From Balanoglossus misakiensis (lineage: Eukaryota > Animalia > Hemichordata), in NCBI GenBank assembly GCA_040954595.2, contig CM082578.2, positions 12,026,420-12,090,419 on the forward strand: a stretch of DNA of 64,000 nt, written 5' to 3'. Both the position numbers and the translations under genes were made by a program. Below the pieces are notes generated by a model. It worked only from the letters and a program-made list of their open reading frames with translations. It was not told the DNA's origin and did no database searches. Shown here in pieces: positions 50,319 to 64,000 of the stretch (positions within the stretch are counted from its first letter, which is position 1; each line of letters opens with the position of its first letter).

Positions 50319-53300
50319 TTGATGGAATATACCCCAGAAGCTTTATTCGGTTTTCTTTTTCGGTCATTAGTTGTACTTTTAAATAGGTTAGGACAATTAA
50401 TCCCGCGGATGAAGATGATGGATGTCATTTCATATCAGTGCTCGCTCTCAACTTGACGTCGTCACAAAACATTCGCCTTGAAATCTTCTAAGAAAAAAAA
50501 CACCATCGGATGGGTGACGTAGTATTTGAAACCGTTTGTGGATGTAGGGCGCACACTCAAAAACAACAACACATTTTTGTGTGTATACCAGTTCACGGTC
50601 ATGTGACAAATGCACATGTGCGCAGTGGAGCGGATTGTGATTTGCGTCACAGTATGTAGAAGTGTGCACTGATGACGTCCATACACATGAATGCGTGATT
50701 TCAATTACAATACAGATATAAACAGATCGTGTTTCTAAACATATCTTCCAAAAAAACTATATCATGCTGCAATTTTGAAAAAAAAAGATAATTGCTTTAT
50801 ATTATGCTAGCAATAAGCTTAATGTACATAGTGATAGGATTAGAACTTCGAGTGGAAGTTTCTTCGTTTCTGAAAAGTAGATATTTTCAACCTTTGGGGG
50901 TGCGGGGTAGCATTTTGACAAACCTGTGTTGAGTGACAAAAACTGAGGGCGCCCTTAACGTATGCAATGACGTCTTAAGATAGATTATAGGTTTGTGAAA
51001 ACACGTTTTCAAATGCAAATTTCTTCACCAAATAAATCGTTTATATTAAAGACCTATTTATCATTGGAAAGGCCTGTCTATGAATGTTATTTTTCGCATC
51101 ATCAAATTTCCCATTACAGGAGGATTTTGTTTGTATTTTCATTGAAAATTTCGAATTTGGGAAACAAAAATGAAAAAAATGTACCTGTCGCCCAGACATA
51201 ACAATTATACTGTTGAAACTAGAAATAAGCTTACTTTAAGCAAAACCGTGTCTCAGATTTTTCGAAGACATATTAATCTGGTTTTTTTCTCAGTAGCCGA
51301 TCAATTTTTAACGAACGTTTTTGCAGTTAGTTAATTTGAATAAATTGCGATAATTATTATTCTAAAAATTCCGAGACACAGTTTTGAAGAATATCTTTGT
51401 GGACTTCCGTAAAAAAAGATAGTTTGGATAAATGGACTTGATTTATTTCGTTCGTTAACATTTTGGAGAATAATAGTAATATTAAGGTCCCACGTTTCGA
51501 ATATATGTTGATGTATACAAAATGTAGTCGTAATACGCCTAACTGTATGATAGAAAAAAAACATCCCAGAATTACAAAAAAAAAAACATCGTCTCATTCT
51601 ATTTCTTGAGTCAAACTGACATGGCGTTTTAACAAACGACTCAAGACGTTTTACATCTCATGGATCATTTTTTTATCACGAAGAAAACGCTGGGGTTGGT
51701 ATCGGAAGTCAATAAACGCTTCGATTTCCGTGATATAGATAAGGTAGTAGTCGATCAATTTTTCTTTTAAATCATTGTGACGGGTTTGTATGGCTTCTGA
51801 AGTACTTTAAGATTGGGGTTGGTCAGTCCAGGATTCGTAAAAGAAACTATTGGGGGCGTTACCACATATACATAAACGACTTTCGGGAGGGGTGGGTCAT
51901 GAAACGTAACTAAACATTTTGATACCGTAATTTTAGGGAATCAAAACTCCACGACTTGTAACTTTAACATTCACAGTTGTTGATAAATAGCATGTGTAGT
52001 AGTAAAACCAATTATCTTAAACAGTCGTGCAGACTGTCGACAGTCATTTGTGCAGTTTGGAGCCTTAATATCAAGCCTAATAGACAATTTTCCGAGATCT
52101 CGCTACGAACGGGAAATCATCTATTAGGATCTGGGACACAGTGCCTGTACATATTGTTACTACTTGTGTATGCTAAGTGCACACTAGTCCCTGAAAGAGA
52201 AGGCAACGCTTTACACGAATAAAAAAATAATCAGGGGCTAAGGACTGTCGATACTCTGCAAGTCGCATTTAAATAACAAATATTTAAGAGGATCATAATC
52301 ACTTTTTCCCATCAAGTGAGTGAGCGATTGAACAGTAATGTAATTTCATATAAATAGTTTTTATTCAAGTGGACAAATAAACAGAGGTTTCCCATATGTC
52401 CCGATGTATTGAATCTGAATAAAAATTACTGGTACCGCACCCACCAAAATGACTCTTTTAGGTCGCTACTCTGTAATTACAGTCTTCAGTCAAGTGTCAC
52501 TTCTGCAGTCTTGAAACAACTGTAACTTCACCACTTATCACAATATCAAGTTTTTGATGCGTGTGATTTTATTATTTGCATCAGTGACACGTGCTCTGTA
52601 CCATATAATGAATTAAAGACGGTATGTATTATTTTCGAATTCAACGACAGTCCGGCTCTCTTGCCTTCGATCATGCCCAACAACATGGCGCCACCAGCGT
52701 CAAGAATGGCAACAATCAGGTTTACAAAAACTGGCGGCTGTATACCACCTGGTTGTTTTGCGGTAATTGTTCGACATGCACTCGGTTTAATTTGAGATGC
52801 TTCCATGTCATTAGAATAATTAGGGCTGGTGTATCCACTGCAGATATCGTTAGTTCGTGGTAAGTATGTGTACATATGAGCGAGGACCCTAGAATTTGTC
52901 TCTTTCAAGTCTAAGACATGTTTTTGTCAATGTCCTTGTTGATACGAATGCATCGTTATCTCGACATACTGTAGATCTTTAGATGGCCGATAAAATTAAA
53001 CGGACGTTTTGTCTCCGTGAGTCGAGTACTCGTCATCCATATCCTCTCCACTCAAAACCTCCTTCAAAACTCTCTGCCTCTTCTCCTTATAGCACAATTA
53101 ACCCGAAGACCCTATGTTTCATATTTTAACCATGGTCATATGTTGTTCATTTTTGTCGTCGGTAGCATACCAATGAAGCAAGATGTCCGTGTTTGTTATA
53201 TGTGTATTCAAACGTCTTTTTTTGCAATTCGGAGTCTGATGGCTTTCCTGTAAGTTTACGCCTTAACCGACCTTCTCCTTCCTAATATCTTGTAGAAATG

Positions 53301-54158
53301 TATGTTCTCCAAACTTTCCAATTACCAAAAAATCAACTAAAACTTTTAAATGACGTATTGATTTTTTGGCTAAATCTCAACCTCGGGAATGAATTCTTTC
53401 TTCTGTCAGAGAAAAAAACATGAGCATTTTATTGACCCGATCACTATGTACTTTCTTCCGAGACTAACCGGCATTATCAACAAAATGGCGACAACAAATC
53501 CTTTCACGTTTTTGTAGGCTCAATGTTTACAACATATACAGGAGACCATTAGAGTACCAATGATATTAGCCCAGGTACTTGTATACCCCGAGGTTATGAA
53601 ACAGATTAGCACATAAGAAGAGAGGGCGATTTTCGCGACGAATCCGCGTCTAATAGCCGCCCTAGAAATTGATGCACTGGTGTCTTCGTGACCTTGAACA
53701 CATAATCCTGTAAATTGGCCGGCAACTGAAATAAAATCTGGTAAATACTCCATAATCCGTTAAAAGGCAGGGCGTACACCAGTAATCCAGTAAGTAGACC
53801 TTCCCAACGTGTGATTTCTATGTATGTCGAGGTGATTACGACAACCTTCTTGTGTGTAAAAGTTTCTTTTTCACAAGCCTGAAATATGATGGGTCGATCA
53901 GGTTCTGTCCAGTAAAACGAAAAGGGACTGTTGTTGTGAAATCTTCGTTTTTTTTTAATCGGACTAAACTCGTCAAAGCATTGTTGCTTAGAAAATATAT
54001 TTGTAGCAATATACTCTCACGTCAACCATTCAATGTCGTAAATATATCGATGCCAGCAGCATATATAGTAAATGATCATTGATACACGTCTCTGTACTTG
54101 TACGTGACCAACAGAAGGCATTCGTTTCAAAGTAACGGCAAACAACAGAAGGTAAGTG

Positions 54159-57100
54159 CCCATTATTTTTTTTCAAAAAGTGAAGAAATTTTGATATTTC
54201 GCAAAGTCGAAAAATTGTCATTTCTGGATGATTTTCATGAGCTATAACCCATGGTTTTTTCAAAAAAATGAAGAAATTTTGATATTTCGCAAAGTCGAAA
54301 AATTGTCATTTCTGGATGATTTTCATGAGCTATAACCCATGGTTTTTTCAAAAAAATGAAGAAATTTTGATATTTCGCAAAGTCGAAAAATTGTCATTTC
54401 TGGATGATTTTCATGAGCTATAACCCATGGTTTTTTCAAAAAAATGAAGAAATTTTGATATTTCGCAAAGTCGAAAAATTGTCATTTCTGGATGATTTTC
54501 ATGAGCTATAACCCATGGTTTTTTCAAAAAAATGAAGAAATTTTGATATTTCGCAAAGTCGAAAATTGTCATTTCTGGATGATTTTCATGAGCTATAACC
54601 CATGGTTTTTTCAAAAAAATGAAGAAATTTTGATATTTCGCAAAGTCGAAAAATTGTCATTTCTGGATGATTTTCATGAGCTATAACCCATGGTTTTTTC
54701 AAAAAAATGAAGAAATTTTGATATTTCGCAAAGTCGAAAAATTGTCATTTTTGGATGATTTTCATGAGCTATAACCCATGGTTTTTTTAAAAAAATGAAG
54801 AAATTTTGATATTTCGCAAAGTCGAAAAATTGTCATTTCTGGATGATTTTCATGAGCTATAACCCATGGTTTTTTCAAAAAAATGAAGAAATTTTGATAT
54901 TTCGCAAAGTCGAAAAATTGTCATTTCTGGATGATTTTCATGAGCTATAACCCATGGTTTTTCAAAAAAATGAAGAAATTTTGATATTTCGCAAAGTCGA
55001 AAAATTGTCATTTCTGGATGATTTTCATGAGCTATAACCCATGGTTTTTTCAAAAAAATGAAGAAATTTTGATATTTCGCAAAGTCGAAAAATTGTCATT
55101 TCTGGATGATTTTCATGAGCTATAACCCATGGTTTTTTCAAAAAAATGAAGAAATTTTGATATTTCGCAAAGTCGAAAAATTGTCATTTCTGGATGATTT
55201 TCATGAGCTATAACCCATGGTTTTTTCAAAAAAATGAAGAAATTTTGATATTTCGCAAAGTCGAAAAATTGTCATTTCTGGATGATTTTCATGAGCTATA
55301 ACCCATGGTTTTTTCAAAAAAATGAAGAAATTTTGATATTTCGCAAAGTCGAAAAATTGTCATTTCTGGATGATTTTCATGAGCTATAACCCATGGTTTT
55401 TTCAAAAAAATGAAGAAATTTTGATATTTCGCAAAGTCGAAAAATTGTCATTTCTGGATGATTTTCATGAGCTATAACCCATGGTTTTTTCAAAAAATGA
55501 AGAAATTTTGATATTTCGCAAAGTCGAAAAATTGTCATTTCTGGATGATTTTCATGAGCTATAACCCATGGTTTTTTCAAAAAAATGAAGAAATTTTGAT
55601 ATTTCGCAAAGTCGAAAAATTGTCATTTCTGGATGATTTTCATGAGCTATAACCCATGGTTTTTTTCAAAAAAATGAAGAAATTTTGATATTTCGCAAAG
55701 TCGAAAAATTGTCATTTCTGGATGATTTTCATGAGCTATAACCCATGGTTTTTTCAAAAAAATGAAGAAATTTTGATATTTCGCAAAGTCGAAAAATTGT
55801 CATTTCTGGATGATTTTCATGAGCTATAACCCATGGTTTTTTTCAAAAAAATGAAGAAATTTTGATATTTCGCAAAGTCGAAAAATTGTCATTTCTGGAT
55901 GATTTTCATGAGCTATAACCCATGGTTTTTTCAAAAAAATGAAGAAATTTTGATATTTCGCAAAGTCGAAAAATTGTCATTTCTGGATGATTTTCATGAG
56001 CTATAACCCATGGTTTTTTCAAAAAAATGAAGAAATTTTGATATTTCGCAAAGTCGAAAAATTGTCATTTCTGGATGATTTTCATGAGCTATAACCCATG
56101 GTCTTTTCAAAAAATGAAGAAATTTTGATATTTCGCAAAGTCGAAAAATTGTCATTTCTGGATGATTTTCATGAGCTATAAACCATGGTCTTTTCAAAAA
56201 AATGAAGAAATTTTGATATTTCGCAAAGTCGAAAAATTGTCATTTCTGGATGATTTTCATGAGCTATAACCCATGGTTTTTTCAAAAAAATGAAGAAATT
56301 TTGATATTTCGCAAAGTCGAAAAATTGTCATTTCTGGATGATTTTCATGAGCTATAACCCATGGTTTTTTCAAAAAAATGAAGAAATTTTGATATTTCGC
56401 AAAGTCGAAAAATTGTCATTTCTGGATGATTTTCATGAGCTATAACCCATGGTTTTTCAAAAAAATGAAGAAATTTTGATATTTCGCAAAGTCGAAAAAT
56501 TGTCATTTCTGGATGATTTTCATGAGCTATAACCCATGGTTTTTTCAAAAAAATGAAGAAATTTTGATATTTCGCAAAGTCGAAAAATTGTCATTTCTGG
56601 ATGATTTTCATGAGCTATAACCCATGGTCTTTTCAAAAAAATGAAGAAATTTTGATATTTCGCAAAGTCGAAAAATTGTCATTTCTGGATGATTTTCATG
56701 AGCTATAAACCATGGTCTTTTCAAAAAAATGAAGAAATTTTGATATTTCGCAAAGTCGAAAAATTGTCATTTCTGGATGATTTTCATGAGCTATAACCCA
56801 TGGTTTTTTCAAAAAAATGAAGAAATTTTGATATTTCGCAAAAGTCGAAAAATTGTCATTTCTGGATGATTTTCATGAGCTATAACCCATGGTTTTTTCA
56901 AAAAAATGAAGAAATTTTGATATTTCGCAAAGTCGAAAATTGTCATTTCTGGATGATTTTCATGAGCTATAACCCATGGTTTTTTCAAAAAAATGAAGAA
57001 ATTTTGATATTTCGCAAAGTCGAAAAATTGTCATTTCTGGATGATTTTCATGAGCTATAACCCATGGTTTTTTCAAAAAAATGAAGAAATTTTGATATTT

Positions 57101-60100
57101 CGCAAAGTCGAAAAATTGTCATTTCTGGATGATTTTCATGAGCTATAACCCATGGTTTTTTCAAAAAAATGAAGAAATTTTGATATTTCGCAAAGTCGAA
57201 AAATTGTCATTTCTGGATGATTTTCATGAGCTATAACCCATGGTTTTTTCAAAAAAATGAAGAAATTTTGATATTTCGCAAAGTCGAAAAATTGTCATTT
57301 CTGGATGATTTTCATGAGCTATAACCCATGGTTTTTTCAAAAAAATGAAGAATTTTGATATTTCGCAAAGTCGAAAAATTGTCATTTCTGGATGATTTTC
57401 ATGAGCTATAACCCATGGTTTTTTCAAAAAAATGAAGAAATTTTGATATTTCGCAAAGTCGAAAAATTGTCATTTCTGGATGATTTTCATGAGCTATAAC
57501 CCATGGTTTTTTCAAAAAAATGAAGAAATTTTGATATTTCGCAAAGTCGAAAATTGTCATTTCTGGATGATTTTCATGAGCTATAACCCATGGTTTTTTC
57601 AAAAAAATGAAGAAATTTTGATATTTCGCAAAGTCGAAAAATTGTCATTTCTGGATGATTTTCATGAGCTATAACCCATGGTTTTTTCAAAAAAATGAAG
57701 AAATTTTGATATTTCGCAAAGTCGAAAAATTGTCATTTCTGGATGATTTTCATGAGCTATAACCCATGGTTTTTTCAAAAAAATGAAGAAATTTTGATAT
57801 TTCGCAAAGTCGAAAAATTGACATTTCTGGATGATTTTCATGAGCTATAACCCATGGTTTTTTCAAAAAAAATGAAGAAATTTTGATATTTCGCAAAGTC
57901 GAAAAATTGTCATTTCTGGATGATTTTCATGAGCTATAACCCATGGTTTTTTCAAAAAAATGAAGAAATTTTGATATTTCGCAAAGTCGAAAAATTGTCA
58001 TTTCTGGATGATTTTCATGAGCTATAACCCATGGTTTTTTCAAAAAATGAAGAAATTTTGATATTTCGCAAAGTCGAAAAATTGTCATTTCTGGATGATT
58101 TTCATGAGCTATAACCCATGGTTTTTTCAAAAAAATGAAGAAATTTTGATATTTCGCAAAGTCGAAAAATTGTCATTTCTGGATGATTTTCATGAGCTAT
58201 AACCCATGGTTTTTTCAAAAAAATGAAGAAATTTTGATATTTCGCAAAGTCGAAAAATTGTCATTTCTGGATGATTTTCATGAGCTATAACCCATGGTTT
58301 TTTCAAAAAAATGAAGAAATTTTGATATTCTCAAAGTCGAAAAATTGTCATTTCTGGATGATTTTCATGAGCTATAACCCATGGTTTTTTCAAAAAAATG
58401 AAGAAATTTTGATATTTCGCAAAGTCGAAAAATTGTTTCTGGATGATTTTCATGAGCTATAACCCATGGTCTTTTCAAAAAAATGAAGAAATTTTGATAT
58501 TTCGCAAAGTCGAAAAATTGTCATTTCTGGATGATTTTCATGAGCTATAACCCATGGTTTTTTCAAAAAAATGAAGAAATTTTGATATTTCGCAAAGTCG
58601 AAAAATTGTCATTTCTGGATGATTTTCATGAGCTATAACCCATGTCTTTTCAAAAAAATGAAGAAATTTTGATATTTCGCAAAGTCGAAAAATTGTCATT
58701 TCTGGATGATTTTCATGAGCTATAAACCATGGTTTTTCAAAAAAATGAAGAAATTTTGAATATTTCGCAAAGTCCGAAAAATTGTCATTTCTGGATGATT
58801 TTCATGAGCTATAACCCATGGTTTTTTTCAAAAAAATGAAGAAATTTTGATATTTTCGCAAATGTCGAAAAATTGTCATTTCTGGATGATTTTCATGAGC
58901 TATAACCCATGGTTTTTTCAAAAAAAATGAAGAAATTTTGATATTTCGCAAAGTCGAAAAATTGTCATTTCTGGATGATTTTCATGAGCTATAACCCATG
59001 GTTTTTTCAAAAAAATGAAGAAATTTTGATATTTCGCAAAGTCGAAAAATTGTCATTTCTGGATGATTTTCATGAGCTATAACCCATGGTTTTTTCAAAA
59101 AATGAAGAAATTTTGATATTTCGCAAAGTCGAAAAATTGTCATTTCTGGATGATTTTCATGAGCTATAACCCATGGTTTTTTCAAAAAAATGAAGAAATT
59201 TTGATATTTCGCAAAGTCGAAAAATTGTCATTTCTGGATGATTTTCATGAGCTATAACCCATGGTCTTTTTCAAAAAATGAAGAAATTTTGATATTTCGC
59301 AAAGTCGAAAAATTGTCATTTCTGGATGATTTTCATGAGCTATAACCCATGGTTTTTTCAAAAAAATGAAGAAATTTTGATATTTCGCAAAGTCGAAAAA
59401 TTGTCATTTCTGGATGATTTTCATGAGCTATAACCCATGGTTTTTTCAAAAAAATGAAGAAATTTTGATATTTCGCAAAGTCGAAAAATTGTCATTTCTG
59501 GATGATTTTCATGAGCTATAACCCATGGTTTTTTCCAAAAAAATGAAGAAATTTTGATATTTTCGCAAAGTCGAAAAATTGTCATTTCTGGATGATTTTC
59601 ATGAGCTATAACCCATGGTTTTTTTCAAAAAAATGAAGAAATTTTGATATTTCGCAAAGTCGAAAAATTGTCATTTCTGGATGATTTTCATGAGCTATAA
59701 CCCATGGTTTTTCAAAAAAATGAGAAATTTTGATATTTCGCAAAGTCGAAAAATTGTCATTTCTGGATGATTTTCATGAGCTATAACCCATGGTTTTTTC
59801 AAAAAAATGAAGAAATTTTGATATTTCGCAAAGTCGAAAAATTGTCATTTCTGGATGGATTTTCATGAGCTATAACCCATGGTTTTTTCAAAAAAATGAA
59901 GAAATTTTGATATTTCGCAAAGTCGAAAAATTGTCATTTCTGGATGATTTTCATGAGCTATAACCCATGGTTTTTTCAAAAAAATGAAGAAATTTTGATA
60001 TTTCGCAAAGTCGAAAAATTGTCATTTCTGGATGATTTTCATGAGCTATAACCCATGGTTTTTCAAAAAAATGAAGAAATTTTGATATTTCGCAAAGTCG

Positions 60101-63100
60101 AAAAATTGTCATTTCTGGATGATTTTCATGAGCTATAACCCATGGTTTTTTCAAAAAAATGAAGAAATTTTGATATTTCGCAAAGTCGAAAATTGTCATT
60201 TCTGGATGATTTTCATGAGCTATAACCCATGGTTTTTTCAAAAAAATGAAGAAATTTTGATATTTCGCAAAGTCGAAAAATTGTCATTTCTGGATGATTT
60301 TCATGAGCTATAACCCATGGTTTTTTCAAAAAAATGAAGAAATTTTGATATTTCGCAAAGTCGAAAAATTGTCATTTCTGGATGATTTTCATGAGCTATA
60401 ACCCATGGTTTTTTCAAAAAAAATGAAGAAATTTTGATATTTCTCAAAGTCGAAAAATTGTCATTTCTGATGATTTTCATGAGCTATAACCCATGGTTTT
60501 TTCAAAAAAATGAAGAAATTTTGATATTTCGCAAAGTCGAAAAAATTGTCATTTCTGATTGATTTTCATGAGCTATAACCCATGGTTTTTTCAAAAAAAT
60601 GAAGAAATTTTGATATTTCGCAAAGTCGAAAAATTGTCATTTCTGGATGATTTTCATGAGCTATAACCCATGTTTTTTTCAAAAAAATGAAGAAATTTTG
60701 ATATTTCGCAAAGTCGAAAAATTGTCATTTCTGGATGATTTTCATGAGCTATAACCCATGGTTTTTTCAAAAAAATGAAGGAAATTTTGATATTTCGCAA
60801 AGTCGAAAAATTGTCATTTCTGGATGATTTTCATGAGCTATAAACCATGGTTTTTCAAAAAAATGAAGAAATTTTGATATTTCGCAAAGTCGAAAAATTG
60901 TCATTTCTGGATGATTTTCATGAGCTATAACCCATGGTTTTTTCAAAAAAATGAAGAAATTTTGATATTTCGCAAAGTCGAAAAATTGTCATTTCTGGAT
61001 GATTTTCATGGAGCTATAACCCATGGTTTTTTCAAAAAAATGAAGAAATTTTGATATTTCGCAAAGTCGGAAAAATTGTCATTTCTGGATGATTTTCATG
61101 AGCTATAACCCATGGTTTTTTCAAAAAAATGAAGAAATTTTGATATTCGCAAAGTCGAAAAATTGTCATTTCTGGATGATTTTCATGAGCTATAACCCAT
61201 GGTTTTTTCAAAAAATGAAGAAATTTTGATATTTCGCAAAGTCGAAAAATTGTCATTTCTGGATGATTTTCATGAGCTATAACCCATGGTTTTTTCAAAA
61301 AAATGAAGAAATTTTGATATTTCGCAAAGTCGAAAAATTGTCATTTCTGGATGATTTTCATGAGCTATAAACCCATGGTTTTTTCAAAAAAATGAAGAAA
61401 TTTTGATATTTCGCTAAAGTCGAAAAATTGTCATTTCTGGATGATTTTCATGAGCTATAACCCATGGTTTTTTCAAAAAAATGAAGAAATTTTGATATTT
61501 CGCAAAGTCGAAAAATTGTCATTTCTGGATGATTTCATGAGCTATAACCCATGGTTTTTTCAAAAAAATGAAGAAATTTTGATATTTCGCAAAGTCGAAA
61601 AATTGTCATTTCTGGATGATTTTCATGAGCTATAACCCATGGTTTTTTCAAAAAAATGAAGAAATTTTGATATTTCGCAAAGTCGAAAAATTGTCATTTC
61701 TGGATGATTTTCATGAGCTATAACCCATGGTTTTTTCAAAAAAATGAAGAAATTTTGATATTTCGCAAAGTCGAAAAATTGTCATTTCTGGATGATTTTC
61801 ATGAGCTATAACCCATGGTTTTTTCAAAAAAATGAAGAAATTTTGATATTTCGCAAAGTCGAAAAATTGTCATTTCTGGATGATTTTCATGAGCTATAAC
61901 CCATGGTTTTTTCAAAAAAATGAAGAAATTTTGATATTTCGCAAAGTCGAAAAATTGTCATTTCTGGATGATTTTCATGAGCTATAACCCATGGTTTTTT
62001 CAAAAAAATGAAGAAATTTTGATATTTCGCAAAGTCGAAAAATTGTCATTTCTGGATGATTTTCATGAGCTATAACCCATGGTTTTTTCAAAAAAATGAA
62101 GAAATTTTGATATTTCGCAAAGTCGAAAAATTGTCATTTCTGGATGATTTTCATGAGCTATAACCCATGGTTTTTTCAAAAAAATGAAGAAATTTTGATA
62201 TTTCGCAAAGTCGAAAAATTGTCATTTCTGGATGATTTTCATGAGCTATAACCCATGGTTTTTTCAAAAAAATGAAGAAATTTTGATATTTCGCAAAGTC
62301 GAAAAATTGTCATTTCTGGATGATTTTCATGAGCTATAACCCATGGTTTTTTCAAAAAAATGAAGAAATTTTGATATTTCGCAAAGTCGAAAAATTGTCA
62401 TTTCTGGATGATTTTCATGAGCTATAACCCATGGTTTTTTCAAAAAAATGAAGAAATTTTGATATTTCGCAAAGTCGAAAAATTGTCATTTCTGGATGAT
62501 TTTCATGAGCTATAACCCATGGTTTTTTTCAAAAAAATGAAGAAATTTTGATATTTCGCAAAGTCGAAAAATTGTCATTTCTGGATGATTTTCATGAGCT
62601 ATAACCCATGGTTTTTTTCAAAAAAATGAAGAAATTTTGATATTTCGCAAAGTCGAAAAATTGTCATTTCTGGATGATTTTCATGAGCTATAACCCATGG
62701 TTTTTTCAAAAAAATGAAGAAATTTTGATATTTCGCAAAGTCGAAAAATTGTCATTTCTGGATGATTTTCATGAGCTATAACCCATGGTTTTTTCAAAAA
62801 AATGAAGAAATTTTGATATTTCGCAAAGTCGAAAAATTGTCATTTCTGGATGATTTTCATGAGCTATAACCCATGGTTTTTTCAAAAAAATGAAGAAATT
62901 TTGATATTTCGCAAAGTCGAAAAATTGTCATTTCTGGATGATTTTCATGAGCTATAACCCATGGTTTTTTCAAAAAAATGAAGAAATTTTGATATTTCGC
63001 AAAGTCGAAAAATTGTCATTTCTGGATGATTTTCATGAGCTATAACCCATGGTTTTTTCAAAAAAATGAAGAAATTTTGATATTTCGCAAAGTCGAAAAA

Positions 63101-64000
63101 TTGTCATTTCTGGATGATTTTCATGAGCTATAACCCATGGTTTTTTCAAAAAAATGAAGAAATTTTGATATTTCGCAAAGTCGAAAAATTGTCATTTCTG
63201 GATGATTTTCATGAGCTATAACCCATGGTTTTTTCAAAAAAATGAAGAAATTTTGATATTTCGCAAAGTCGTAAAAATTGTCATTTCTGGATGATTTTCA
63301 TGAGCTATAACCCATGGTTTTTTCAAAAAAATGAAGAAATTTTGATATTTCGCAAAGTCGAAAAATTGTCATTTCTGGATGATTTTCATGAGCTATAACC
63401 CATGGTTTTTTCAAAAAAATGAAGAAATTTTGATATTTCGCAAAGTCGAAAAATTGTCATTTCTGGATGATTTTCATGAGCTATAACCCATGGTTTTTTC
63501 AAAAAAATGAAGAAATTTTGATATTTCGCAAAGTCGAAAAATTGTCATTTCTGGATGATTTTCATGAGCTATAACCCATGGTTTTTTCAAAAAAATGAAG
63601 AAATTTTGATATTTCGCAAAGTCGAAAAATTGTCATTTCTGGATGATTTTCATGAGCTATAACCCATGGTTTTTTCAAAAAAATGAAGAAATTTTGATAT
63701 TTCGCAAAGTCGAAAAATTGTCATTTCTGGATGATTTTCATGAGCTATAACCCATGGTTTTTTCAAAAAAATGAAGAAATTTTGATATTTCGCAAAGTCG
63801 AAAAATTGTCATTTCTGGATGATTTTCATGAGCTATAACCCATGGTTTTTTCAAAAAAATGAAGAAATTTTGATATTTCGCAAAGTCGAAAAATTGTCAT
63901 TTCTGGATGATTTTCATGAGCTATAACCCATGGTTTTTTTCAAAAAAATGAAGAAATTTTGATATTTCGCAAAGTCGAAAAATTGTCATTTCTGGATGAT
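54159..64000. repeat. 88-bp tandem satellite array, about 112 copies, running off the window end
   Basis: Monomer ttttttcaaaaaaatgaagaaattttgatatttcgcaaagtcgaaaaattgtcatttctggatgattttcatgagctataacccatgg. Period measured from gctataaccc at 54241 and 54329. Differences are mostly homopolymer indels. The first partial copy is diverged. Confidence 0.99.

Noticed and set aside
53520-53753. Minus ORF containing IRRGFVAKI, faintly like the TMBIM/lifeguard IRxxFIRKVY motif
   Set aside because: Match too short, and no supporting exon structure or further transmembrane exons seen.
54285-54302. CENP-B-box-like word TTTCGCAAAGTCGAAA
   Set aside because: It does not fit TTCG-N4-A-N2-CGGG on either strand.
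54159-64000. CRISPR array or repeat-encoded peptides (MKKPWVIAHENHPEMTIF..., MIFMSYNPWFF...)
   Set aside because: Units are head-to-tail with no unique spacers and no cas genes. 88 is not a multiple of 3, so the ORFs arise only where homopolymer indels shift the frame.

Overview
Eukaryotic genomic DNA, probably from an invertebrate animal (moderately AT-rich, CpG not depleted, long introns, microsatellites); no prokaryotic gene structure. About 1-49 kb is mostly intron of one + strand gene encoding an anion-selective Cys-loop ligand-gated ion channel subunit (GlyR/GABA-A/RDL-like). I resolved five coding exons with GT-AG boundaries and matching phases: 16489-16571 (Cys-loop), 36121-36258 (loops B-F-C), 38294-38523 (M1-M2), 43099-43206 (M3) and 48659-48943 (M4 and stop). 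I could not find the N-terminal exons; they probably lie upstream of the window. From about 54159 to the window end is a very homogeneous 88-bp tandem satellite (about 112 copies), preceded by a run of exon-like segments. Most tracked ORFs look like chance intronic or satellite ORFs. Best leads: unusual gating and ligand-binding residues in the channel, a recursive-splice-like AG|GTAAGT at the M1-M2 exon, about 10 RFX X-box motifs, and a possible spliced transcript running into the satellite. I do not see a clearly new multi-gene system; all findings are hypotheses from manual reading.
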